Shown in pieces: positions 1 to 12,379 of a DNA stretch of 64,000 nucleotides. The DNA is from Mesotaenium endlicherianum (lineage: Eukaryota), in contig WELA01001462.1 in NCBI GenBank assembly GCA_009602735.1, positions 22,523 through 86,522 on the forward strand. Reading direction: 5' to 3'. How positions within the stretch are numbered: position 1 is the stretch's first letter; each line of letters begins with the position of its first letter. The notes beneath the pieces are model-generated. The model saw only the letters and a list, made by a program, of their open reading frames with translations, made no database searches and was not told the DNA's origin. The translations under genes were made by a program, and so were the position numbers.

Positions 1-1551
1 TCGTCCCCGCCTGCCGCTCTTCCCTCCCCCCCAACCTCAAACCCCCACACTCCCTCCTCCCCTCCTGCCGCAGAAAACTTAAGAGTGCCCTTTCCAACTC
101 CCACACCTCCCCGTTTGCTAGATGCTGCCCGGCTGGCCAAATGCTCCCAAAGAATGTCGCGCCACTCAGGAAGGAGCCGGGCAAGGTCACAGGTGGAGGA
201 GCAGGGATAAGAGTTTCCAGAGAGGGGGGCAAGAAATAAAAAAAGTGGGGGTTGTTGGCGGTGGCTCGAGCAGACAGGGGCACCTGCTTGGCGAACAGCC
301 TGGAGAGCTCGCGCTGCGCGGAGGCTGGGGGGCAGTGTCCCGGGTTTAGGGGCGGGGTTTCTTTGAGGGGGCACCTGCTTGGCGAGCACCTCGAGGACCA
401 CGTGCCGAATGAAATCGTTACCTCTAAAACCTAGAGGGCCGCTGGGGGGGGCAGTGCCCCTGTACTTTAAGAGTAGGATATAAGAATCTATAAATGATGC
501 TGAGTAACCAAGCAGTACAAGGAGGACGGCTCACTAGGCTTGCACCCTTTTTTATTGCGCAAGTGCGGGCAGCAACCTCCGTACTGATGCTCTCTAGAGG
601 GCCGTGGATCTATTGCACCACATTCAATACCACCCCAAATCCTGACACCTGCGCAGAAATAGACATAGAGAGAACGCGACACATCACCTCAGCGCGAGCA
701 ATGTAGCTGGTGATAAGAAAGACGGCAGCCATAGATAGCTCGCAGTGCTGATACTTATTCCTTCAAAGATGGACTCAGCCATCTCAAGTTACTGGACCAA
801 TAACATTTCGAGCAGGCCCACTGCTTTGATATGGGCCTGCTTGGTCCACCCTACAATCTTGCAACGACACGCGCAGAAGCACCTCAGGCTGGATGAAAAG
901 AAGAGCCACACCCTTGTGCCCCTAAGTTTGCAATAACCTTTGCAGCTGTAGCTGCTTGAGCAGGCGGCAGCCCTGCACTATGTAGTCGTGGGCAGCCGTC
1001 TGAGTGCCACCTAGCGCACCTCGAAACCATTAAGGGCGGGTCGACCCCTGTCATATACACTCTGATGAACTACACCTACAATAACATACGTGCCACCTGC
1101 AGCCCCAATAAAGCGGTGCTCTCCCCTCAAAGATGGGGGCACTTGCCAGCAGGCACGTTCTTCTTTGCACAACCACAGGGGGCATGCGATTCAGCAACAG
1201 AGGGACTGCTGCCACTTGAGGTTAAAGCCATGGCTTCATGTAGTCAGAAGATAGCACACACAACAAGCTAGGCAGCCAGGCAGACAGGCGGGCCACTGTA
1301 GCAGCAGCTCCGCCTCCAAGGATAAACAGCGAGTGGCACACTTAATGCCCCTCACCCACCCTCCCTCATTGCGTACATGCAAGGTGGTGACCCAAGCATG
1401 TCAACAACCGGCCACCAGTCGCGTTACAATCGCAGAAAAGAAAACCACAAAAAAAAAGATGCACACCCTCAAGTAGCCACAGAGGAGAGAGCAAGAGAGC
1501 TAGAGAAGGGCAGGGCGCTTTCAAGTGGCGAGCTATCAGCGTAGCACTCAC

Positions 1552-1795
1552 CTGCGCAAACGGCGGTGTACATGTTCTCGTCCGCTCCTGGCCCATCCAG
1601 CGCAGCTGGTCCGAACAAGACCTCCTCCAGGGCGCCATTCAGCGACTGGAGCTTGATGTCAGCAAGCTCACAACGCACGCTGCTCACATGCAAGCGGTAG
1701 CCTACATGAACACACCCCAGCCGCTGAATGACGCCTTCAAGGGGGTCGTACTTGCACTCGAGGCACTGGTCCGAGAGGTGGTGACTTGACACTCC
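1552..1795 (-). pseudogene. Isolated exon-like fragment, family not recognised
   Basis: Open, GC3-biased frame (LECKYDPLEGVIQRLG...DIKLQSLNGALEEVLFG...MYTAVCA) ending at a strong CAG|GTGAGT donor. I found no partner exons. Confidence 0.35.
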
Positions 1796-4689
1796 CGGCA
1801 GGCAACAAAAAAACAATAAATAGGTTAGTCACCCCTCTCTCTCGAGCCACGCCCTTTGCCACGGACTTCAGCAGCGACAGCAGCGGCAGCAGCCCTGTCC
1901 CCTCTTCGTCATCTGGTGCCCCCTTACCCCCTCTCCCTCTCCTGCAGTAACCTCCTACATTTGGGAGATGATAGACCTACATTAAAGGACAAACAATTGA
2001 TCGTAATAGCTCCGAAGAAGGCTGCAGCATTGCTTTATAATGCTCGAGCTCCATATTTTTACTGGAACTATACATGAATTGTGACCGAAAACGAATGTGA
2101 CAATGGATCATCAAGCTTCAGTGTTGGCGCGGCAGTAATACGCCTCTCGACAACGAAGTGCACTTCGTGTGTCGAAAGAAACATAAAGCGTGAGGCCCAC
2201 TTCCGATTCCTCATTGCTGCGCGCTCTCCTCCTTCACGAGACGGGCGCAGTCTCGTGTGCTAGCTCAGGATGCTGGCTGGCTGGTTGCTTCCTCAGCCAG
2301 GGCCACTATGACTACGGTGATGAATGTGCTCCGTGCTCTTTCCTGACGGTTTAGTTTGTGTGTCGCGCCCGCTAGGGGAGTCAATTACAGGGGCGCCAGG
2401 AGTAATTAGGAGGCAAGTGTGTGAGAGGGCTTTGGGAATGGCTCGCATGGCCTCGCGGAGGACCACTGCATGGCCATGAGGGCCACTAAGAGGGCCGAGC
2501 TGGGGAGTGTGGGGGGTATGGTCTTGGAATCACTAACTCATTCACTTAATGCACTGCACTTGGTCACTTTCACGCCACATATGCAGCAGCACAGCAGCTG
2601 AGCAGCTGCAGGGCTTGGGGGGCACTGCTGGCTGCAAGAAGAGGGGGGCGGGGGGTAATGTGTGGGGGGGTTGGCGCTGGCAAGGCAAGTTGGGACTCAG
2701 GTGCCTTTTTTCAGGTGCGGTTCAGGCGATCATTCAGCTGCACACGGGGGAGCATCTAAGCTGCAGTGGCTTGTGTGGGTGCTCTCCCATTGAAGCTCGT
2801 TCTTCCACCTCTGTGCACTCTGCCTATACCCTCCCTCTGGGTGGGATCAGAGAGTGGTGTGTCCGAGGTCGTGGGGGCACCCGCAACAGCAGAGGGAACA
2901 AGTTCGGTCGGGCAATGGGACAACATTGAGCTCTGGGCAAAAAACGATTGTGCTCTGGGGCTGATGCGTCTTGGAAGCTGTCGAAGCTGGAAGCTGGCAT
3001 GCACGATCTGAACTATGACAAATTTTAGATGCTGTCTCCAGCGAAGGTCCACTTGGCGCGCTTCCGCTCTCCCCCCAGCATGTAGGAAACCTCCCTGTGG
3101 GAGTGTCTCTCTGCCTCTCCCGTGTGAGCTCGCGTGTTTGCATGCGCTGATGTCGCCACCACTTTGGAGTACTTCCCCCTGCCTGTCATTGATTGTATGC
3201 ATAAACTCCGCTTACTACTTGTGAATGAGGATTGTGGTAATCATATATAGCTCTGTTCACGGGCGTACTTGTGTGGAAGTGACAGTTGCGTGCGGGATTT
3301 GTGCTGGCGCAACTGTGGGTCATAGGCAAGACTGAAGCGAGACGGAATGGGGCAAACCATTTGCATCTGTCCGCTCGTCTGTCTCGGCGTCTGGGTTCCT
3401 GTGCGCACGCGCGTGTGCGTGTGCGCGTGCGTGTGCGTACGTAGTACATTCGGCTGAACTAGAGCAGAACGCGTGCATCACCAGGGCTGCATGCACCCGA
3501 CCTTGGAGGAGCGCGTGGGTGGTCAGGCATGAAGTATTTAGTCTCGGTTCATGACAGGCGGCGTGTCGTGTGCAACATAACACGGATCAGACGAGATGTT
3601 CCCAACAGGCGGCACGTTGTCCGTGACACGAAGCATGTCAGAGGACATGTGTGTGTATCGTGGGACAGGTGCGTCACCCAGATGCAAACAGCACACCTCT
3701 CTAAGCCCGCATGCATGCACGCAGGTGACGAGGGGTGACAGGGAGGGAGGTTCTCGACGACCCGCTGCTCAACTCCTTCTCCAGCTCGTCTGCCGCTGTA
3801 AGCACTCGCATTCGCCCACCGTACCCTGAGCCCCAAGACTAATATCAGCCCTACATGCTAATCCCCGAACCCTGAACCCGAGACCCTAAATGCTCTAGCC
3901 CTTCCCAAGAACCTCCTCTGTCGCTGTGTACGGTTTCACATGCGTCAGAACCTCGCCAAAAAAGCCCCCTTCACCTGGTTCTCAACCTTGTTCTTAAACC
4001 CCAAACCTAAACCGAAAGCGTTCCCGAGGCTTACTCTTGCCTCACAGCGCACCATACAGCTGCACTGATCGCATATCTCTCTAGGCTCTGGCTCCAACGC
4101 CATGCACGCAAAGTGGGGGCCAAAAGCGGCGGAAGAGGAGTGACAGATGAGGTTGAGGCCTGCTCCTCTCCAAATGTGGCTACTGTGTGGCCATCCACAT
4201 GTGTACATGGTCACACGTGTGTCAATACAGGTGTGCGTGTCTTTGTGTGTGTCAGATGAATATGTACAGCAGCAGCAGTTGTATGCATGAAAGAAGTGCT
4301 TGCTCATAGGGAAGGACATCATATGCTGCACACACACATGTGCCTGCGCCTGTAGTGTACATAAATCGAGGGGGTGTGTTTGCGCATGTGTCTGCAATTG
4401 TATGCCTGTGCCAGAAGGAAGGAGGGTGAAGAGTGGTGTGCGGTGGGTGGAGGAGCAAGAGAAAGCGAGGGCGGCTGACTTGCCTCCTGCAGAATTCCTC
4501 GTAGCACGCAGGAACCCTGCGAGTGCTATGCTACCTGAACCCGTCGTGCGCCATGGCGCTCATGTCGTGCGCGCCCACTCGAGGCCCTTGCCGGCGACAA
4601 GGATTGGCGATGTTGCTTGCCCGCCCGTTGATTTGTCTGCGTGTGATTGCCGGCAGGAAGGGAGGATTGCTTGCCGAGGTTTGCCAACG

Positions 4690-4840
4690 CTTGCTCGCTC
4701 TCGCTCGATTTTTCTCGCTCTCTTGCTTGCTCTCTTGCTCGATCTCTCGCTCTCTTGCTGGCTCTCTCCCTCTCGCTCGCTCTCTCGCTCTCTCGCTCTC
4801 TCACTTGCTCTCTCGCTCTCTCGCCCTCTCGCTTGCTCGT
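4690..4840. repeat. Compound CT/CTCG/CTTG microsatellite
   Basis: Long run of ctcgctct/cttgctct units. Confidence 0.9.
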
Positions 4841-5238
4841 TTTCTGTGTGGCCCTTGCGGGCGTTAAGGTTTGCAAACGCTTGCTTGATTGCCCTGCATG
4901 GGGCGGGTTGCCTGTCAGTTGCCCTTTACTGATTTCTCTCTGTCTCGGGAGAAGCTACTAAAAGTAATTATCTATTTGAGCTGATTTTTGCTTAGTACTG
5001 CTTTGCGCTGCTGTCCTTACTACTTCTTGGAAGTTCTGTTAAGAAAGCTCAGATGGTGTATCTGTGCGTGAGCGTGGTTCTTTGAAGTTTCCCAGAGCCT
5101 TTATGTAAAGCACACCTGTCATGCATGTGAGAGCTCGTTTTAGGCACACATGCATCGTCGCATACACTCGCGGACGCACTCGCTTACGCACGCACAAACG
5201 CAAATCACCTGTTTCTTCGGCCTATTGAATGGTGACGG

Positions 5239-7437
5239 GTGGACAGAATGCGGGGCGACATCGAGGCGCTGCACAGCCAGGCTGCCATGCTTGCAGCTCT
5301 GCTGTCGGCCACTCCCAAGCTACCACCTGGCGTGCCCTCGAGGTGCCTGCTCAACTCTCTGGCGGCCACTTCTTTAGCTTGCATCGCCACTTGGCACACT
5401 AAGCTTAGCATCAGAATACTGCAGTGGCAGCTTCTATCCTTCTAAAAGATTAAGAAGGACGATTTCCCCCTAGGCTTTGGAGATAGTTCTCGGCAAGCGC
5501 GGACAACTTGTGCCCGATCCCTCGCAAAACAAAAAGAATCTTAGAGAAGTAGTCAACGTCCAGCCACCGAGCAGTCACTGGCGTTATTTGCAACTATCTG
5601 AATCACACGAGTACGTGACCGAATCTGGCAAGTACCCGTAAATACGCATGAACTTCACGATTGCATGTCCGTATCGATTCGTACACACACACTCAGTAGG
5701 GAGTTGATCGCATGTGGATGTGCGCGCAGCCTGCCAGATGTCATTCTCGGAGTGGCGAGAGGCAGATGGGGCTGCACACCAGCAAGAGCCCCGCCATTGC
5801 GTTGGCCGAGCGTGAGGCCGGCTGGACCCTCATTGCCGCTCTTGTCGTCTCCCTGCCCCCCGAGGTGAGTAGGACTTCAAACTTTAGGTTTGGAACGGTG
5901 GTAAGAGGTTCTCTGCTCTTATGGTCTCCCTGCCCCCGGAGGTTAGTAGAATCGCGAGACCAGGGCTGGGATATTGAACCGTTATGAGAAGTCCCGCTGC
6001 ACCCTCATTGCCCCCTTGCCTTCTCCCTGACCCTCACGGAAGTCGTTCCTTTGTCACAGACAGGAACAAGGGTTTGGGGTTTCGGGTTCTGAGGTCTAGG
6101 TGAAAGGCAGAGGTTGGGCAAGACCCTTTCCAGGTGAAGCGTTCATCACAGGCCCAAAGAGAACCAGAGTTCAGGAGTCCAGGATTAGGACACGGATGAG
6201 GGTCCAGCTCTTAGGCGCTCATGTGCCTGCCTGCTGTTGAGGACTTGGAGGCAGATAGGGCCTGGCGTCTGACTTACGCTCCTGTTGCTTCTGCAAAGAT
6301 CTGGAGCCAGCTGGCGACGCAGTTGGGGCACAGGGAGTGTGGAGGAGACCAGTGGGTGGCCCCCCTTTGGGGGGGAGGAGGGAGGAGGGTGGAGGGGGAG
6401 GGNNNNNNNNNNNNNNNNNNNNNNNNNNNNNNNNNNNNNNNNNNNNNNNNNNNNNNNNNNNNNNNNNNNNNNNNNNNNNNNNNNNNNNNNNNNNNNNNNN
6501 NNNNNNNNNNNNNNNNNNNNNNNNNNNNNNNNNNNNNNNNNNNNNNNNNNNNNNNNNNNNNNNNNNNNNNNNNNNNNNNNNNNNNNNNNNNNNNNNNNNN
6601 NNNNNNNNNNNNNNNNNNNNNNNNNNNNNNNNNNNNNNNNNNNNNNNNNNNNNNNNNNNNNNNNNNNNNNNNNNNNNNNNNNNNNNNNNNNNNNNNNNNN
6701 NNNNNNNNNNNNNNNNNNNNNNNNNNNNNNNNNNNNNNNNNNNNNNNNNNNNNNNNNNNNNNNNNNNNNNNNNNNNNNNNNNNNNNNNNNNNNNNNNNNN
6801 NNNNNNNNNNNNNNNNNNNNNNNNNNNNNNNNNNNNNNNNNNNNNNNNNNNNNNNNNNNNNNNNNNNNNNNNNNNNNNNNNNNNNNNNNNNNNNNNNNNN
6901 NNNNNNNNNNNNNNNNNNNNNNNNNNNNNNNNNNNNNNNNNNNNNNNNNNNNNNNNNNNNNNNNNNNNNNNNNNNNNNNNNNNNNNNNNNNNNNNNNNNN
7001 NNNNNNNNNNNNNNNNNNNNNNNNNNNNNNNNNNNNNNNNNNNNNNNNNNNNNNNNNNNNNNNNNNNNNNNNNNNNNNNNNNNNNNNNNNNNNNNNNNNN
7101 NNNNNNNNNNNNNNNNNNNNNNNNNNNNNNNNNNNNNNNNNNNNNNNNNNNNNNNNNNNNNNNNNNNNNNNNNNNNNNNNNNNNNNNNNNNNNNNNNNNN
7201 NNNNNNNNNNAGGGGGTGCTTCTGCTTTGCTTGGTGATGTGAGACGTCGGATCACCCTGAGTGTTTGTCCTTCACCCTCCTGGTCAGGGGCAGGCGGGCG
7301 GGCGGCGGGCGGGCGGGCGGCATTGCAGGAGCTGAGGAGCATGAGCTGGAGCTGATGACGATGTGGGCGCTGCCATTTGGCGGCAACTGCGTGGAGTGCG
7401 TCAAGGGCGCCATCCCCAACCTCGCGCTCGAGCTCAG
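5239..7437 (+). pseudogene. Three-exon internal fragment of SWEETIE/HEATR5 (Laa1-like) with frameshifts
   Basis: 5239-5342 DIEALHSQAAMLAALLSATPKLPPGVPS; 5730-5864 LPDVILGVAR/QMGLHTSKSPAIALAEREAGWTLIAALVVSLPPE; 7329-7437 EL/EHELELMTMWALPFGGN. These are collinear with the remembered plant SWEETIE segment LHGQA.LAALVSISPKLPLGYPARLP..VL...EKEAGWLLLSSLL..MPKEE.EDQ.FDIL.LW. Two frameshifts and a dead donor (ag|ct at 7437). Confidence 0.7.
6403..7210. other. Assembly gap (808 N)
   Basis: Run of N flanked by G-rich sequence. Confidence 1.
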
Positions 7438-8495
7438 CTTTGCTTTTAGGATTGGGGTCCCAAATTAGGATTTCGGGTGCGGGATTGAGAGGCTGGGTCT
7501 TCGTAGTAGGGCTTTGGCAGAAGCAGGGCTTGATAGGTAGGATGTTGCCATCCCCAACCTCAAGCTCAAGCTCAGGCTGGCATTTAGGGCTTTGAGGTTA
7601 AGGCCTGCGCCTGGGTAGCGGCAACTCAACGACATTCTCGAACTCGCGCTCGAGCTCAGGTTGGATTGTGTAGGGTTTAGGGTTCAGGTTTTGGGCCGGG
7701 GTCGGAGCAGGGCTTCAAAGAGCGGTGGTACATCCGACCTTCCGCTTGAGCTCAGGTTGGCATTCAGAGCTTTACGTTCCGTGGCCTGGGTGGGAGTTTG
7801 GGCTCAACCAAACAACACTGTTCCCCTTTGCAACCTCGCGTTTGATTTCTGTCATCCCACAGACTATATGCGAGTGCCTACCAATTGTAATTTGTGGAGA
7901 TGCTTCTCTCACGGAACTTCTCGCACAGGAACTCAAACTGGAGGGGAATGACCAGGCGAATAAAGCTTGGTGCCTACTATTGTTACTGTGAACTTGCAAA
8001 CATTTAGTCGACCACACCCTCCTAACATTAGTGTAGAGAGTATCAAGTGCAGATATCCAGATGTGTGTCTCAGTGTAAACATTTGTTAATAGAAAGGCCA
8101 CAAAGGTCCTCAAATTCATCCATGTGTACAAACTGCATGTGTTCGCTTGCTGATGCTTCTTGAGGTTCTCAAGCCATCTTGCCACTATTTCATAGGCGGC
8201 TGATATCAACTTTAACTCTTAAGTATGACTAGAGTAAGCACTATAGCACGCAAATATTTGCCACCATTGAATGAGAGCAAGCAGGTAACACCTCACTATG
8301 TTCAAAGTCATTAAGATATGTATGCCTATGTAGATTAAAAACTGTGCTCGTCCACTCTAAAACCATACAACTAATATGGACCATTTTTTATGCCCCTGCG
8401 TTCTAAATGTATCTTGTCCTTTGACTTCATCCATACCTTACTACCTCATAACCTGCTTACTTCTTATCACCACCTGGTTTGAATCTAAAACTTAC

Positions 8496-9657
8496 TGCTC
8501 TTTGCCGACTACAACGCAGAGAGTCTGCAAGTGCCTCGTTTGTCCGGTTTGTCACATGTCGCGTAGTCCTCTTCTAGACTGTAAGGCAAGGGCGGCTGTG
8601 ATGCCTTGCACAAGTGCTGATGCCACATTGTTGGCCAGATTAGGAGGCAGTACGTGCATGGCCATCAAGTCTTGCAGAACGTTACGAACTCTGGCAGGAT
8701 CTACACAACTAGCAAACACATCGCAATGGTCAGCCCTGTGTAGATGTGGCGGGCTCATAGTCATGACATAGTGCTCCTCTGAGCTCGAGACACCGGTGTG
8801 CACTTTCTCCACAGCCAAAACTTCAACAAGATGACAACCATTCAAGTTCATGACCCGCTTGTTGTATGCACCTTCTGTTACATCAGTTACATAGAGGATT
8901 CATAGGTGCATGCGCAAGCGTAGAGAATGAGCAATCTTCACTACAGTAAAATAAAGTTAATGGATCAGTGATCTTGAGCATGTCCCCAAGCAGGTCTCAG
9001 GCAGCTATGATGTTCAAGATCAATACAGAACCTTGATTGAAACCAAGGGTCTCCTACACGAGGATATCTTCAAAAGGCTCAAACACGTAATCTAGTGGCC
9101 TCCGAGGACTAGAGCTAGACTTGCTGGAAGGAGCTACCTCTTCCAAATGATGCTACTGACATGTTCTTCAACCCTTGTTCTCTACATCATATTTCAAAGC
9201 TTAAAACAGATGCCCAACCCAGACGTGGCTATATGAATCATACTCATCACTCTTTTGTGAAAGCATATTATGAGTGTCGATTGTCATTTAGCCGTAAATC
9301 TTCTCCTCCTTCCTGATGCCACTATTGCGTTCTTAACATTGTTTGCAGTTACACAATCAGGACTCCACAACTGATCAGGACGACACTTAGCTTCGTACCT
9401 GGAGGCGGCAGCGAGTTTAAATCTTGCAAAGCGAAAGCAGACGTGCAGGGAAATGTGCTCCCATCGTCCATCCCATCAGGCACCTTTCCTTCACACGAGG
9501 GTGGCATCGTCTTCTTCTCAAAGCTAATTAGTCCTGTAATTATCCTGTGAAGTACAGCCTCGTTTCGACCCCGAAAGATAGCGACAACGCCTCGTCCAAA
9601 TTAGATACGGATAAAATGCTACCTAGGCTTGCTCCAGTGGGAGGAGCTTCGGAACAT
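8496..9657 (-). pseudogene. Decayed multi-exon gene of unknown family
   Basis: Phase-compatible GT-AG exons at 9657-9623, 9544-9399, 9181-9032 and 8940-8496 give one continuous frame (MFRSSSHWSKPRIITGLISFEKK...PLDYVFEPFEDILV*ETLGFNQVKIAHSLRLRMHL*ILYVTDV...) interrupted by five TGA/TAG stops. Confidence 0.45.
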
Positions 9658-10374
9658 TGCCGAAAGACACTCTATTAGGAAAAGCCTGCCTGTGGCTACC
9701 TTGAGCAGCTCTTGAGCTATGATGCTTTACTTATATGAGGTATTTATGAAGCACATCAACATAAAGACATCGGTACCAAGCCTCCCATGTTAAAAAAGAA
9801 GGCCGAAACTCGTGGAGGTTGAGAGCTTTCGACGGCTCCCGATGACGTTTCCGAAGGCTGAAATTTACTTGATTTAAGAAGAATTAAGCACGATGGTGAA
9901 TGGAGCTTCGATACTGCTGGTGAACACTGAACAGGCACTGAGCAGTGACGCCGACTGGCGTCAGTGAACGTCCCCGCTACGAGAATACACGAATGCTTTC
10001 GGACTATAATGTCGGCGCTCATGTCAGATGCCTACTACTCACTGCTTGCTTACTCACAACTCACGACTCGCGACTCACGTGGACTCAATAATTAGTTTCA
10101 CACACCTGCAGAGCAAGCAATTCACAGGGCATGGTACAATTGGTACAAATTGGAACTTCGAACACATTCTCCCGCTAACCTAGCTTGGTCTTTGTCTGTA
10201 TACACCTCCTTTTCCCGCTGAAAGTCAGTGGCTCCGAAAATAAGTTTCGGTGTTATGAGATTTGAACTCGGAAGTGTACATGTAGAATCACCTTGAGAAC
10301 TTGCCAGTGACATCGCAGAATGAAGAGGATTTTGAGGCGAGCCATCTCATGATGTCGTGGTAACCCTTATAGCA

Positions 10375-12345
10375 ATGACGTCTGAACCGCTCCCTATGGC
10401 TGTTGAGCGGTCCGGGGAGGAATTTGTTAAGAAGGAGGTAGAAGTGCCAGTTCAAGGGTCGGCTGATGAGACTGTGGACATGGGCAAACCAGCAGGTACT
10501 AACGATTATCAACGAGGGGACAAAAAGTGGCTCAAAAGACGCTCTTATTAGCAAATTGTAGTGTCTGTCCTTTGATTTGACTTAGCAATATGAGCTGAGC
10601 TACGTCAAACATGTAGGTCGGTTATTATTCTGACGAATGTTCATCAACGAGGCAGCATGTTTTCAGAACTTGATGCAACTATTCTTGACTTCTATAGTTG
10701 AGGTGGATCTCTTGAAAGACGCTTCATATTTTATGGCTTTGATGCAGGCGTCGAAGAAGTGACCGCAGCAGACGAGGTTCTAACAGCCATTGAAACAGCG
10801 GCAAAAGATGTATTTAAACCTCCAATGCGAATTGGCCATTAAGTGGAAAATTTTATATGGGCATACAATATTTTGTCATGTGGGCAGATTCTGCTTGCTC
10901 TTGGACGCTGGTCGATAAGATATGATTGCAAGAATCACAGGAGCATTCTAAACGCTGTGCCTGTACGAATTGTGCAAGTTCTGTGACGGTGTTAAGCAGT
11001 GGTCTATCTCTGGAGTGCTTGATTTGAAATGGCGGGACAACTTACACCTATGATGCAGGATAAGGCTTTTAGAATGCCTGAAATGACAGGTCTTGGTCTA
11101 TTTCTGAGCGGTTGCCAATGTATGTACTGCAGGAAGGCACGTTAGGAGGTGGATCAGCACTTGTTGGACGGAAGTTGAAGAAGCGCTTTGGAAGGAAATT
11201 CTTTAAGGGGGAGGTTAAGGGCTGGGATCAGGGAGATTTGTGGTATCACGTAAGTGTACTTTCTGCCCTGTGCTGCTAGCAAGCTCTAAAATGCTGAGGA
11301 GGGTGTGTTCTTGTTCGTAACATTCTTCAGACGTGTCTCAATGTTAACAGTTGATATCATTTTGCTTGTTTGCATGGTAGATTGAGTACGAAGATGGAGA
11401 TACCGAAGATCTGCACTGGAAAGAGCTGGAGCCCCTGCTTGTTGACTCACATGAGAGTGGTACGCCCCAAAAACAAAAGAAGCGACAAGGCCAGCAGAAG
11501 CTTTCAACACGGTGAGGTCCTTATAGTTTTCTGCTTCGTTGATGCTTTGCGGAGCCCATTAATCTTCTCAAAATTCTGGACATATAGGAAGTAATTTATC
11601 TGGTCTCAATAGTCTTACGGCCCACTCGTGTGTCTTTGTGTATTTTCATACTCTAGCTTGTAACCACCTCACAAACTCACAGCTTGTTGAATTTATTTCT
11701 TCCTTTTCTCTTTGTGCACTTGTATTGTCAGCACTAGCAAACGACGATCAAAAGATGCTGAAGAAGCACCAGAGGAGGAGACTGTTGCAGGAACACCAGA
11801 TGATGTAAAGAAGCCTGTACTAAACACGGCAAAAGAGGAGGTACCTTTAGTAGAGGCTGGTGAAATAGAACAAGCAGCGTTAGGCAAGCCGGATATCCAA
11901 ACAGAAATTGGCACAAGCTTAGTAGAGAAGGCTCTTGCTGAGTTAACTCAAGTCAACAAATTATTAGTGTCTGAGACAGGCGTAGCAGCTGATGCTGAAG
12001 GGGGCGCAGGAATGGAAATAGAGCAAGCAACAGATCGGAAGGATGAAGGACTGATCGAGGGGACGGAGAGTAAAGCAGGGCCATTAGAGGCGGCCCAAGA
12101 GATACCGAAGCCGAAGAGGAGGGGCAGGCCGCCAAAAATAAGTGCTGTTCGGAAGGATGAAGAAGGCAGTGGACCACCTGGGGCTGAGCCATTGTTGGAA
12201 AAAAAAAGAGGAAGGCCAAGTAAAGATGGAGGTCAAAGTGAAGGTACTCCTGTGCAGACATCGACGAATGGAGGAGTAGCAGTTCCCATTGAGCAGGTGC
12301 CAGGAAAGAAGAAAGTGGGGAGGCCACCCAAACGAATTGCTGTGG

Positions 12346-12379
<34 letters not shown>

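Noticed and set aside
2317..2346. C/D-box snoRNA (GTGATGA...CTGA)
   Set aside because: The boxes are only about 30 nt apart and I could identify no guide complementarity.
3860..4020. Telomere or chromosome-fusion scar
   Set aside because: Only a few scattered degenerate CCCTAAA-like words, not an array.
4300..4961. ORFs of 104-210 aa rich in Leu/Ser or Arg/Glu
   Set aside because: They are translations of the CT-rich microsatellite.
6185..7355. ORFs of 300-385 aa in the ORF track
   Set aside because: They are open only because they cross the N gap.
8496..9657. Stop-codon reassignment or selenocysteine readthrough
   Set aside because: The seven intact genes have no internal stops and end in ordinary TAG or TGA, so pseudogene decay is simpler.
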